Shown: positions 24,476 through 36,187, counted from the first letter of the stretch. The stretch: 64,000 nt of DNA from Candidatus Sulfotelmatobacter sp. (GCA_049512655.1 JBEKWW010000030.1:12731-76730); one strand, 5' to 3'. Numbers and translations: made by a program. The notes: generated from the letters alone by a model not told the origin.

Positions 24476-25783
24476 ATGTCAGCATCGACTGAATCGCAAG
24501 CTGGCTTTCTCTCGCGCCGGCGGTTCTTTCGCTGGGCCAGCTCGCTGGCCGCGGCTCTGGGCGCAGCGCCTCTGCTTTCCTCCGCCAAAACTCTTTTATC
24601 GCCGATGGCATCGCCGGACGGTGATGGTGAGGACTATTATGCGAAGCTCGGGGTCGCGACGATTATCAACGCCGCCGGCACTTACACCACGCTAACGGCA
24701 GCCTGCATGCCCCCAGAAGTTCTGGCCGCGGTGCAGAAGGCCGCACTCCATCCTGTCCGTCTGCGCGATCTGCAGCAGAAGGCAGGCGAGTATATTGCGC
24801 GCCGCCTCAAATGCGAGGGAGCGGTCGTGACTTCCGGAGCTTCGGGAGCCATCAGTCTCGCGGCGGCCGCCTGCCTGCAATACGCAAACAACATCGATAT
24901 TCTCGACATGCCGCAAGCGATCGACGGGAAGAAGAACCAGGTCATCGTACAGCGCGCACACCGCTATGAATATGACCGCGCGATGTATCTCTGCGGGGCG
25001 CGGGTGACCGAGGTGGTCACCCTCGACCACTATAAGCGCGCTTGCGCAGCCGGCAATGCCGTGATGACGAATTTTTTCAACGCTGCGGAAGATGAGGATG
25101 GAATTGCCGGCAGCGCGCAGATCGGTCGGGAAGAGTGGCTACAAGTGGCGCACGAGTACAAGATTCCGTGCCACCTGGACGCAGCCGCCGACATGCCACC
25201 CATCTCGAATCTATGGAAGTACACGGGCATGGGTTTCGACCTGGTGGCATTTTCCGGAGGTAAAGGAATGCGCGGTCCGCAAAATGCCGGCCTGCTTCTG
25301 GGCAAGAAGGTTCTGACGGACCTGGCTCAGGAGAACAATAACCCAGGAGACGGAATCGGCCGCGGCATGAAAGTAGCCAAGGAGCAGATTGTGGGTATGG
25401 TGGCGGCGGTCGACTGGGTTCTTTCGCACACAGAAGAGTCTATGCAAGGCGACTACCAGAAGCGAGCCGATCTAATAGCCAGTGCGGTGAAGGGCATTCC
25501 TTCGGTCCGGACGGAGACCGTGGTGCCGAGAATCGCCAACCATGTTCCGCATCTCCTCATACGGTTTGATCCGGCGGTAACGGGCGTCAGTACGGGCCAG
25601 ATCGTCGAAGCTTTGCGCAAGGGGACGCCTTCGATTGAACTGAATCCGAACACCGGCCAAAAGCCCAACCAGGGCATTCCATCGGATGCAAATACCCTCG
25701 TGGTTGGAGTATGGATGTTACAGCCCGGCGAAGATGCGATCGTCGGCCGGCGGGTACGCGCGGCCCTGACCAAGCACGTCTAG
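24476..25783 (+). CDS. SelA-like (L-seryl-tRNA selenium transferase-related) PLP-dependent enzyme with a twin-arginine signal peptide
   Basis: AGGAG 8 nt upstream of ATG 24476. Tat motif SRRRFFRW, h-region and SSA cleavage-like site. FSGGKGMRGPQNAGLLLGKK resembles the E. coli SelA PLP-Lys region FSGDKLLGGPQAGIIVGKK. Confidence 0.75.
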   Translation: MSASTESQAGFLSRRRFFRWASSLAAALGAAPLLSSAKTLLSPMASPDGDGEDYYAKLGVATIINAAGTYTTLTAACMPPEVLAAVQKAALHPVRLRDLQQKAGEYIARRLKCEGAVVTSGASGAISLAAAACLQYANNIDILDMPQAIDGKKNQVIVQRAHRYEYDRAMYLCGARVTEVVTLDHYKRACAAGNAVMTNFFNAAEDEDGIAGSAQIGREEWLQVAHEYKIPCHLDAAADMPPISNLWKYTGMGFDLVAFSGGKGMRGPQNAGLLLGKKVLTDLAQENNNPGDGIGRGMKVAKEQIVGMVAAVDWVLSHTEESMQGDYQKRADLIASAVKGIPSVRTETVVPRIANHVPHLLIRFDPAVTGVSTGQIVEALRKGTPSIELNPNTGQKPNQGIPSDANTLVVGVWMLQPGEDAIVGRRVRAALTKHV

Positions 25784-25934
25784 ATTTCTCGAGAAATGGG
25801 CATTGATTGTTGACAAACGGAAGTTAGCGCTCAAATCCTCTCAATGTGTTCTATGGCGATTTATCGCAAACGATAATGGCCCCGTGGAAGCAGGCAGGAG
25901 AAGTGAAGCAAAGCTGCAGCATAAGGTCAGCCCC

Positions 25935-26198
25935 TCACTTCCGTCTTAATTCCAGCGCCAGAGCCGGTGCCTGATGCAGACCCGAGCAAGGAATCTGGTT
26001 CACAAACCTCAGGGTTCCCTCGGCGTCCTCGAAGCCTAAACCGTAGCTTGCCGATGCACCTTTGTACACGCCCCAATCGGCAGGAATATAAGCGACGCAG
26101 GGTGTCTGAATCTGAGCGCTGACCTTCGCTGGCTCGTCCGAGGACGCTACCAGCAGAAACCCGCAAACCAAAGACAACGTAATTGCGATTCTTTTCAT
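25935..26198 (-). CDS. Small secreted hypothetical protein
   Basis: AAGGA RBS 8 nt upstream. Signal peptide MKRIAITLSLVCGFLLVASS. Two Cys residues in the mature part. Confidence 0.55.
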   Translation of the reverse strand: MKRIAITLSLVCGFLLVASSDEPAKVSAQIQTPCVAYIPADWGVYKGASASYGLGFEDAEGTLRFVNQIPCSGLHQAPALALELRRK

Positions 26199-26368
26199 AA
26201 TGGAATCCTTTCGGCCATTGTGACCTGCCTCAATGCTGTACTCAGGCCATAGCGCCCATTAATCTGTCGATGAGTATAATCGCGATTTTTCGTCATCTGA
26301 AGTTCGTGAATCGCGATTTTTTCGCCAACAATCGTTTGAAAGTAGCACTGCGAACTCCGCGCCTTTCA

Positions 26369-26397
26369 TTGACTTGCCCGTTTCGCAGACGTAAGAT
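26369..26397 (+). promoter_or_regulatory. Putative sigma70 promoter of the kinase gene
   Basis: TTGACT (26369-26374), 17 nt spacer, TAAGAT (26392-26397). The ATG lies only 9 nt after the -10 box. Confidence 0.45.
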
Positions 26398-26406
26398 TTG
26401 CCACGA

Positions 26407-29400
26407 ATGATCGGCCAAACTGTCTCGCACTACCGCATTGTCGACAAACTCGGTGGTGGCGGCATGGGAGTGGTCTACAAAGCCGAAGACACGCGGCTGC
26501 ATCGCTTTGTCGCCCTGAAATTCCTGCCTGACGAAGTTGCCAAGGACGCGCAAGCGCTGGCCCGCTTTCAGCGCGAGGCCCAGGCCGCGTCGGCGCTGAA
26601 CCATCCCAACATCTGCACGATTTATGACATTGGCGAGCAGGACAGGCAGGCGTTTATCGCCATGGAGTTTTTGGATGGCCTGACGCTGAAACATCGCATC
26701 GCAGGACGCCCGATGGAGATCGAACAGATTCTCTCGCTCACCATCGAGATTGCCGACGCGCTGGACGCGGCTCACTCCGAAGGCATCGTCCACCGCGACA
26801 TCAAACCTGCGAACATCTTTGTCACTAAGCGCGGGCACGCCAAGATTCTGGATTTCGGATTGGCCAAGGTCATGGTTGCAGCGAGTTCTTCCAGCAAGAT
26901 TGGGTCTCTTAACACCCAGACGGGTTCAGTGGACGCGGATCATCTGACCAGTCCCGGCTCGACGCTCGGAACCGTCGCCTATATGTCGCCGGAGCAAGCC
27001 AAGGGCAAGGAACTGGATGCTCGCACCGATCTGTTTTCGTTCGGGGCGGTGCTGTACGAGATGGCGACGGGCACCCTGCCATTTCATGGCGAGACTTCTG
27101 CGCTGATTTTCACTGCCATCCTGACTTCCGATCCGCAGCCAGCAGTTCGGTTCAACCGCGACGTGCCATCAGAATTGGAACGGATCATCTCTAAGGCGCT
27201 GGAGAAGGATCGCAATCTCCGCTACCAGAATGCAGCCGACATGCGAACGGACCTGCAAAGGCTGAAGCGAGATACGGAGACGGGACGAGCCAAGGTTGCG
27301 AGTTCCATTATGGTAGAAGTCGCACAGAAAAACGGTGTTGGAATTGCGCAACCCACGATCTCCCAATCGCCGTCGCCAGCATCTGGCTCTACTGCCGCGC
27401 ATGCTCCGTCTGCGTCATCAAGCGCAGTGAAAGTCGCAGAGGTTCCCGTCGCGAGCAAGAAGCGCAGGAAGGTCCTGGTTCCCGCCGCCGTGATACTTGT
27501 CACGGCGGCAATCGCGGGAATGTTCTACTATCGCTCCCGGCAACGCACTGCGCAAGCCCTGACCGACAAAGACACCATCGTTCTCGCCGATTTTGCCAAT
27601 AGCACGAGCGATCCGGTGTTCGATGACACACTCAAGACGGCACTCAGCGTATCTCTGAGCCAGTCGCCGTTTCTGAATGTGCTCTCCGATAACAGGGTGA
27701 CAGCGACGTTGCAGCTGATGACCCGCGCACCGGACACGAAGCTCACGCCCGACCTGGCTCGCGAACTTTGCCAGCGGGCAGCCAGCAAGGCCTACATTGC
27801 CGGATCGATTGCCAGCCTAGGCAGCCAATACGTGCTGGAACTGAAAGCGGTGAATTGCCAGAGCGGCGATACGGTGGCGCAAGAGCAGGCCACGGCAGCG
27901 GCGAAAGAGAAGGTGTTGGACACGCTGGGCGAGGCCGCATCGAAACTGAGAGGCGAACTGGGCGAGTCGCTGGCTTCCGTGCAGAAGCTGGATGTTCCGT
28001 TGGAACAGGCCACCACATCCTCGCTCGAAGCACTCCAGGCCTACAGCCTAGGCAGAAGGGCTCTTGCCGAAAAAGGAGAAGCCGCCGCTGTGCCTTACTA
28101 TCAACATGCCATCGAACTCGACCCAAATTTTGCCGCGGGTTACCTGGCGCTGGGCGATGCTTACTACAGTATGGCTGAGGTGGGACGCGCGAGCGAATAT
28201 CTCAGCAAAGCCTTCCAGTTGCGAAGTCATGGTAGCGAGCGCGAAAGGTTTACGATCGCCGCCCAGTATAACCACCTTGTGACCGGAGACCTGGAGAAAG
28301 CGGCACAGGCTTATCAGGAATTGATCGCCGGCTACCCACGAGACGCCGCAACCCATAACAGTCTCGGCGGCGTTTACACCTCGCATGGACGGTATGACAA
28401 AGCGGCGGAAGAGTACCGCGAAAGCATGCGGCTCGCTCCAGAATACGGGGGCGTATACATCAATCTCGCCTTTAGCCTGCTAGCTTTGCACCGGTTCGAT
28501 GAAGCAGTGCAGACGATCCGGCAGGCACAGGAACGGAAACTGGAGTATGGCGGGTACCCTGAAATTCTTTACGCTGTGGCTTTTCTTCGGAGCGACTCTT
28601 CAGCCATGGCGGAACAGCAGCGATTGTCTGCAGACAAACCCGAAGAGAACCAAATGCTTTCTCTCGCCTCCGACACCGAGGCATACGCAGGTCATCTCGG
28701 CAAGGCGCGGGAATTGACGAAGCGCTCCCTCGACTCGGCGGTCCGCGCCGACAGCAAGGAAACGGGCGCCTTTTGGCTGGAGAATTCCGCGTTGCGCGAA
28801 GCTGGCTTTGGCAACCTGTCCAATGCCAGGCAGGTGGCGGCGGAAGGATTAAAGTTGGTTCCGGCGAGTCAAGGTGTGGAAGTCGAAGCCGCTCTTGCCG
28901 ACGCGATGGCCGGCGACAGGACGCGTTCTCAATCGCTGGTGCAAGATCTTAGCCATCGATACCCGGCAGATACGCGAATGCAGTTACTATGGTTGCCCGC
29001 GATTCGAGGGCAATTACTGCTGAACCAAAACAATCCGGCTGGCGCTCTCAATGCCTTGCAATCTGCCTCCGCCATTGAATTGGGCGAAATCGAGTTTTTC
29101 ACGAATCTTTCTTGCCTCTATCCCACCTACATTCGCGGCCAGGCGTATCTAGCGGCGGGGCAGGGCAAGGAAGCCGCTGCCGAGTTTCAGAAAATCATCG
29201 ATCACAACGGAATCGTCTGGAACTGCTGGACTGGAGCCTTGGCGCATCTGGGCGTGGCGCGAGCGAATGCGCTCGAAGCCAAAAACTCGCAGGGCGCGGA
29301 TGCCGATGCCGCCCGCGTTCGGGCGCTTGCTGGCTACAAAGACTTCCTCACCCTCTGGAAAGACGCCGACCCAAGAAGCCAAGGCCGAATACGCGAAGTT

Positions 29401-29445
29401 GCAATAACCGGGGAAAGCTCTCCGAAAAATGACGTTATCGCATAA
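26407..29445 (+). CDS. Ser/Thr protein kinase with a TM segment and a C-terminal TPR array
   Basis: Hanks kinase motifs [27 protein letters not shown] and YMSPEQ, then a TM helix ([20 protein letters not shown]) and TPR repeats. The 3' end looks frameshifted (see findings). Confidence 0.9.
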   Translation: MIGQTVSHYRIVDKLGGGGMGVVYKAEDTRLHRFVALKFLPDEVAKDAQALARFQREAQAASALNHPNICTIYDIGEQDRQAFIAMEFLDGLTLKHRIAGRPMEIEQILSLTIEIADALDAAHSEGIVHRDIKPANIFVTKRGHAKILDFGLAKVMVAASSSSKIGSLNTQTGSVDADHLTSPGSTLGTVAYMSPEQAKGKELDARTDLFSFGAVLYEMATGTLPFHGETSALIFTAILTSDPQPAVRFNRDVPSELERIISKALEKDRNLRYQNAADMRTDLQRLKRDTETGRAKVASSIMVEVAQKNGVGIAQPTISQSPSPASGSTAAHAPSASSSAVKVAEVPVASKKRRKVLVPAAVILVTAAIAGMFYYRSRQRTAQALTDKDTIVLADFANSTSDPVFDDTLKTALSVSLSQSPFLNVLSDNRVTATLQLMTRAPDTKLTPDLARELCQRAASKAYIAGSIASLGSQYVLELKAVNCQSGDTVAQEQATAAAKEKVLDTLGEAASKLRGELGESLASVQKLDVPLEQATTSSLEALQAYSLGRRALAEKGEAAAVPYYQHAIELDPNFAAGYLALGDAYYSMAEVGRASEYLSKAFQLRSHGSERERFTIAAQYNHLVTGDLEKAAQAYQELIAGYPRDAATHNSLGGVYTSHGRYDKAAEEYRESMRLAPEYGGVYINLAFSLLALHRFDEAVQTIRQAQERKLEYGGYPEILYAVAFLRSDSSAMAEQQRLSADKPEENQMLSLASDTEAYAGHLGKARELTKRSLDSAVRADSKETGAFWLENSALREAGFGNLSNARQVAAEGLKLVPASQGVEVEAALADAMAGDRTRSQSLVQDLSHRYPADTRMQLLWLPAIRGQLLLNQNNPAGALNALQSASAIELGEIEFFTNLSCLYPTYIRGQAYLAAGQGKEAAAEFQKIIDHNGIVWNCWTGALAHLGVARANALEAKNSQGADADAARVRALAGYKDFLTLWKDADPRSQGRIREVAITGESSPKNDVIA

Positions 29446-29684
29446 GTCAAGCTGAGGTCTTCAGTAAGGGTTACTGATCGAAGCTTAAGTAACTTGTCGA
29501 GCCGAATCAAGATCTTAGAATTGACTAAGACACCTCTTAGTATGTTCGACGTTTGTTATCGAAGGTGCCATCGCGCAGCGACGGGTGGGCTTCCTTTTTC
29601 CCGTTTGGGCGAAGTACGTTTCCACAAAACTATTAGGCCTGGGAACGTTCCGGGAAGGATTGCCAGAAATCACGCTGAAACGCG

Positions 29685-31322
29685 ATGCCCGTCGAACTAA
29701 AGACCAAAGTAAACTTTGCGCTTAGCCTAGCTTTGGTGGCACTGGCCGGCATAGGCTGGCTCTCGCTGCGGCAGAGCCAAAACTTAACCGAGGCCGATCG
29801 ATGGGTTTCCCACACGCGCGATGTGCTTGAGACAAGCGAATCATTTCGCTCGCATCTTTCCGAGGCTGGCATAGCGCGACGAGTTTTTCTTCAGGGTGAC
29901 AGCAAACAAATCGACGTGTTCAACGCTGCGGTTAGCGCTTCCCTCGCTGACTTCAAAACGTTGCAAGCCCTAACGGCCGACAACCCGGAACAACAGAAGA
30001 GACTCGATCGTCTGGAACCCATGGTGCACGAAAGGCTCTCCGCTCTGGAGAAGTCCATTGCTGCTCATAGGCTGGCCGCAAATGATGAGGCTCTGCAGAA
30101 TAATGTAACGAACCAGCAGACCAGCGTGGTAGCTCAACTTGCCGAACAGACGCGAGAGTTCCAGAACGTTGAGAGAGAGCTTCTCAGGCAGCGCTCGAGC
30201 CAAGTGCGGGAGAGCGCTCAAAGAACATCCAGAGACAACAGCATCCTGAGCCTGGCTGTAATGTGTTTTATCGTAATCGCCGCGGCAGGGCTAAATCGTG
30301 AATTATCCCAGCGCAAACAAACAGAGCAGGCAATCGCTCAACAAAAGTCGTTATTGCAGTCCATTCTCGATACCTGCAACGATGCGATCATCGTAGCCGA
30401 CGGTACGGGAAAAATCATTTTGCGCAATCCTGCCGCTTTGCGGATGCATAGTGATCTGGTGGACCGCGTGGGGGAGGAGGTTCCCAGTAAGCTGGGATAC
30501 TACAGGCCGGATACAAAAACGCTATTCCCTTATCAAGACCTTCCTCTCTCCCGAGCCTTGCAGGGAGAGCATGTAGACAACGTGGAGATGTGCCTGCATC
30601 CCGCATGTGAGCCGGAGGTTCGCTGGGCGCTGGGGTCCAGCCGTCCTCTAATCAACGAGGAGAAGATTCTCGGTGCGGTCGTTTTCTACCGGGACATTAC
30701 CGAGCGGAAAGAATTGGAAAATAAGCTGGCGAGCTACACCGAGGAATTGAAGGCCTCCAATGTGGAATTGCAGAAAGCCCAGGTGGCGCTTGAGCAACTG
30801 GCCTCGGTTGACGAACTCACCGGTCTGCACAACCGGCGAGGGTTTCTCGCGCTTGCGGCCCAAAGCATTAAGCTTGCGCATCGCTCTCAAAAATCCTTTG
30901 CCTTGGTTTTTGCGGATTTAGACGGTCTGAAAAAGATCAACGATACGTTGGGACATGCCGACGGAGATCTCGCCATTAGCGATGCGGCACATGTCCTGAG
31001 CGACAGTTTTCGACACTGTGATGTATTGGGTCGTCTAGGCGGCGATGAATTCGCGATTCTGATGAGCGATGCCGATGAGCAGAGCGCCCAAATTGTAAAA
31101 AAGCGACTGGCTGACAAAGTCGACAAGCTTAACGCCGAACGCCACCGTCCTTATACTCTGTCGCTCAGTGTCGGAATGATGATCTGCAACTCTGACGAAA
31201 AAGTATCCCTGGAGGTTTTGCTCAGCAGAGCCGACGCACTCATGTACGAGGAAAAGAAAAAGAAGGGTGCGAATCGGGCGGTTTATGTGGCGGGGAACAG
31301 CTTCGCTCGGAACAGAGGTTAG
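29685..31322 (+). CDS. Sensor diguanylate cyclase (CHASE3-like periplasmic domain, PAS, GGDEF)
   Basis: N-terminal TM, then a helical sensor (WVSHTRDV is typical of CHASE3), a second TM, a PAS-like region and a GGDEF domain with an intact GGDEF. An RxxD I-site (RHCD) sits 5 residues upstream. Confidence 0.9.
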   Translation: MPVELKTKVNFALSLALVALAGIGWLSLRQSQNLTEADRWVSHTRDVLETSESFRSHLSEAGIARRVFLQGDSKQIDVFNAAVSASLADFKTLQALTADNPEQQKRLDRLEPMVHERLSALEKSIAAHRLAANDEALQNNVTNQQTSVVAQLAEQTREFQNVERELLRQRSSQVRESAQRTSRDNSILSLAVMCFIVIAAAGLNRELSQRKQTEQAIAQQKSLLQSILDTCNDAIIVADGTGKIILRNPAALRMHSDLVDRVGEEVPSKLGYYRPDTKTLFPYQDLPLSRALQGEHVDNVEMCLHPACEPEVRWALGSSRPLINEEKILGAVVFYRDITERKELENKLASYTEELKASNVELQKAQVALEQLASVDELTGLHNRRGFLALAAQSIKLAHRSQKSFALVFADLDGLKKINDTLGHADGDLAISDAAHVLSDSFRHCDVLGRLGGDEFAILMSDADEQSAQIVKKRLADKVDKLNAERHRPYTLSLSVGMMICNSDEKVSLEVLLSRADALMYEEKKKKGANRAVYVAGNSFARNRG

Positions 31323-31601
31323 AGGGTGCTGTTGCCTCAGGTGCGGAGAATTCATCTTATCTCTAAGCCTTCGCAAAGTACCGCGTCAACAGCCTGCGCA
31401 ATAACGCCTTCGACTTGGCTGACCTAAATCCAGCAACCCAGTACACAGCAACCGTCAATTACTCAGGTCATACGCGAGGTAGGCGGGGCCTGGTTCAGTT
31501 CTGGAAAACTTTCGCAAACAGCGATTACATGTCCCGAGCTTAGGGGAGCGGCAACTGCCTATACGTCAATCCGGTCGAACGTGTATGCAAATTCCTTCAC
31601 G

Positions 31602-31630
31602 TTGACAAATATTGTCATCGGATGCAAACT
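31602..31630 (+). promoter_or_regulatory. Putative promoter upstream of the S53 peptidase gene, overlapped by a palindrome
   Basis: TTGACA (31602-31607), 17 nt spacer, CAAACT (31625-31630). The inverted repeat TGACAA-ata-TTGTCA (31603-31617) covers the -35 box. Confidence 0.35.
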
Positions 31631-31770
31631 TTTGGCCCGGTCCCACGACGAAATCCAAACGTTTCCCTGGTGCCGGTTTATTCAGCCACGTGTTGATTCC
31701 AGCCCACAATCCCGCGTCGCCGCCAGCAGACCGGCTAACGCGTTAACGCAGACTGCAAAGGAGAAAGATC

Positions 31771-33813
31771 ATGACAATGCAGGGTTCGCTAAGACTCGGG
31801 GCGTTCCTTTTTTTGATCGCCCTCTTTACTGTGGGAGGCGGTTTGACCTCCGCACAGGCATCCTCATCCAATGTGTCTCCCGGCATTCGCATTTCGAAAG
31901 ACCTGGGTCGAGTCAACGGATCGACCGAGATCAACATCACAGTTCATCTTCAACTCACCGATAAGGCCGCGTTCGACAAGGCTGTCGATGCACTCTACGA
32001 TCCGACTTCGCCGACTTATCACCAGTGGATGAGCAACGCCGATTTACAGAAGTACGCACCCGCGAAAGAGCAGCGCCAGATCGTGCTCCAGGAGCTGGAG
32101 AAAAATGGACTGACGATCCTTTCGACGGACACCATCGGCTTCACCGTCCGCGCCCACGGCACGATCGCCAACGTGGAGAAGGCCTTTAACACCGAGATTC
32201 ACCAATTCCAATACAACGGAAAACTTTTCCGCGCCAATGTGCGCGATGCGCGGTTAAGCGGAGAAGCGGGAGGTTATGTCTACTCCGTGGCCGGCATTGA
32301 AAGCCACCAGATACGGCCGCTCGCGACGCGCGCAGTGAACCCACGCACACAGCAGCCACTTCCCTCCATCCCGCTGAGCGCGAATGCAACGGGATTCCCC
32401 GCGGGAAGCACCACCGACTGTCTGGCTGCACCGGAAACCCAAACCTTGCAGGGATCGTCGGCGCTGCCAGTCGCCACCTACACCGGTACTGTATACACCA
32501 CCGATGGCGGCGGCCTCACGTGCGCCTATCTCCCCAGCCAGCTATGGGACGCGCTGGGCCTGAACGATGTTTTCGCTTCGGGATACAACGGCAAAGGGCA
32601 GACAATCGTTCTCGTAGAAGGCTATGGCTATCCCACGATGGAGAAGGATGCCAACACGTTCTACAAGCTGGCGAATCTGCCTCAGCTCAACTCCTCGAAC
32701 TTTAAGATTGTCTACCCGGAGGGTTACGTCAATCCTGAGTTGGGCATTCTGAGCGGTTGGAACATTGAAATCGCGCTGGATATGGATTCCTCCCATACCA
32801 CAGCTCCGGGGGCGAACCTGGTAGTCGTTGCTACCAGCGGTCAGGACAGCGAAGACTTTCAGCAGTCGATCCGCTACGTGGCTGAGAACAGTCTGGGCAA
32901 CTCTGTTTCGAATAGCTATGAAGAAGATTTAGACCTTCTGGCGGGGCGTGATGAACAGGTCTCCTGGGACGATACTCTGGAGATTGCAACGGCAAAGGGT
33001 ATCTCGGTGAACTTCTCTTCCGGCGACAGTGGAGATAATGGAGTGGGCAGTCCTCTAGGCGCGCCGGGCGTTCCGTCGGACGCTCCCCATGCAACTTCGG
33101 TCGGCGGCACTTCCATCCTGAATGATTTGAGCAATCCGGGAGGGACGATAACCACATCCTGGGGAGACACGTGGGCATTCCTGGAAAGCGGGGACACGGT
33201 TTATGACCCGCCAGCGCCATATGGCCTCTACGGCGGCGGCGGTGGCGGCGAGAGCATCTTCTGGCCGAAACCCAGTTGGCAGAGCTCCCTCCCTGGCACG
33301 GGCCGGCAGACGCCCGATGTTTCCGCACTGGCCGATCCTTTTACCGGTGTCGGGATCGTGATCACCAGTGGAACAACGCAGTACGTTCAGTACGGCTGGG
33401 GAGGCACGAGCTTAGCGTGCCCCATCTTCTCGGGTTTCTGGGCAATCGCCAACGAGAAGGCTGGCGAGGCGCTGGGTCAAGCGGCACCGTTGATCGCTGC
33501 TCTGCCATACGGTGGCGTTCAGGACGTGCTGGCTAGCACCGATAGTTCGCCGAACAACGTGACGGGGAAGATTACAACCTCAAGTGGCACCCGGACGTTC
33601 AAGGCTGGCGAAATCTTTGGAGGCAGCTTGCTCGAAGGCAACAAGAGCTTCACCAGTACGCTTTGGAATGCTGGAGGGGGCACCATTTTTGACTTCGGGT
33701 GGGGACTGGATAGTTCCCTTACGGCCAACAAAGGCTGGGACAATGCTACTGGGTGGGGCACTCCTCACGGCCTCGCCTTCATCGACGCGGTAGTGGCGGC
33801 GGCATTCAAATAA
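31771..33813 (+). CDS. S53 family serine peptidase (sedolisin/kumamolisin-like) with a pro-domain
   Basis: AAGGAG RBS and signal peptide. Pro-kumamolisin-like N-terminal region, IEIALDMD and SSGDSGD motifs, and catalytic Ser in GGTSLACPIFSGFWA. Confidence 0.85.
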   Translation: MTMQGSLRLGAFLFLIALFTVGGGLTSAQASSSNVSPGIRISKDLGRVNGSTEINITVHLQLTDKAAFDKAVDALYDPTSPTYHQWMSNADLQKYAPAKEQRQIVLQELEKNGLTILSTDTIGFTVRAHGTIANVEKAFNTEIHQFQYNGKLFRANVRDARLSGEAGGYVYSVAGIESHQIRPLATRAVNPRTQQPLPSIPLSANATGFPAGSTTDCLAAPETQTLQGSSALPVATYTGTVYTTDGGGLTCAYLPSQLWDALGLNDVFASGYNGKGQTIVLVEGYGYPTMEKDANTFYKLANLPQLNSSNFKIVYPEGYVNPELGILSGWNIEIALDMDSSHTTAPGANLVVVATSGQDSEDFQQSIRYVAENSLGNSVSNSYEEDLDLLAGRDEQVSWDDTLEIATAKGISVNFSSGDSGDNGVGSPLGAPGVPSDAPHATSVGGTSILNDLSNPGGTITTSWGDTWAFLESGDTVYDPPAPYGLYGGGGGGESIFWPKPSWQSSLPGTGRQTPDVSALADPFTGVGIVITSGTTQYVQYGWGGTSLACPIFSGFWAIANEKAGEALGQAAPLIAALPYGGVQDVLASTDSSPNNVTGKITTSSGTRTFKAGEIFGGSLLEGNKSFTSTLWNAGGGTIFDFGWGLDSSLTANKGWDNATGWGTPHGLAFIDAVVAAAFK

Positions 33814-33847
33814 AATAGCTGTCGGTGCATCACCGCATGTAGTTGAC

Positions 33848-33883
33848 GAGCCGGAGCGGATTCGCTCCGGCTCGCTTTCTTCT
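33848..33883 (+). terminator. Rho-independent terminator of the S53 peptidase gene
   Basis: GAGCCGGAGCG-gatt-CGCTCCGGCTC (perfect 11 bp stem) followed by GCTTTCTTCT. Confidence 0.75.
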
Positions 33884-33925
33884 CGCCCCTTTCGGGACAG
33901 ACTCCCACGATCTTTTGGCTCCCCA

Positions 33926-33954
33926 TTGACAATTACCCACTCACATTCTAGAAT
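33926..33954 (+). promoter_or_regulatory. sigma70-type promoter of groES-groEL
   Basis: Consensus TTGACA (33926-33931), exactly 17 nt spacer, TAGAAT (33949-33954). Confidence 0.65.
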
Positions 33955-33980
33955 TAGCACTCAGTAGGCAAGACTGCTAA
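33954..33980 (+). promoter_or_regulatory. CIRCE operator (HrcA binding site)
   Basis: TTAGCACTC-N9-GACTGCTAA against the consensus TTAGCACTC-N9-GAGTGCTAA (one mismatch). It starts at the last base of the -10 box. Confidence 0.85.
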
Positions 33981-34058
33981 CAGTCTGCCGAAATCCAAAC
34001 AATCATAAGTTTTGCTCCAACAACCTTCTAACCAACTTTTGAAAGGAGTTGCGAAACC

Positions 34059-34394
34059 ATGGCGAAATTCAGTCCCCTACATGACCGCATTCTGGTACGT
34101 CGCGTGGAGGAAGCATCCACCACTCGCGGCGGAATCATCATCCCTGACAGCGCAAAAGACAAGCCGCAGGAAGGCATTGTTATTTCCACCGGCAAAGGCC
34201 GCACCAACGACGAGGGTAAGACGTTCCCTCTGGCAGTTCACGAGGATGACCGCATCCTGTTCGGCAAATACTCCGGCACTGAGATCAAGATTGACGGCGA
34301 AGACTACATCATCATGAAAGAAGATGAAGTACTCGGCATCCTGACCGGCGCAGCCGCCCCGGCCAAGAAAGAACTTGCCGGCTCAAAGCGCTAA
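34059..34394 (+). CDS. groES: Co-chaperonin GroES
   Basis: [34 protein letters not shown] is the canonical GroES sequence with its mobile loop. A short Ala/Lys-rich C-terminal extension follows. Confidence 0.97.
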   Translation: MAKFSPLHDRILVRRVEEASTTRGGIIIPDSAKDKPQEGIVISTGKGRTNDEGKTFPLAVHEDDRILFGKYSGTEIKIDGEDYIIMKEDEVLGILTGAAAPAKKELAGSKR

Positions 34395-34441
34395 CGACTC
34401 CGGGTCTTCCCTTGTGAACCCCTGTGTCCCCTGTGTGTTAA

Positions 34442-36148
<1,707 letters not shown>

Positions 36149-36187
36149 GACTGGCCGTCAGGCAGACGCGCCTCGGCGCAAAACCAG

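Noticed and set aside
25784-25797. Perfect 14 bp palindrome ATTTCTCGAGAAAT right after the SelA-like stop
   Set aside because: It is too short and AT-rich for a convincing terminator stem and is a single copy in the window. It is noted only as a possible protein site, without support.
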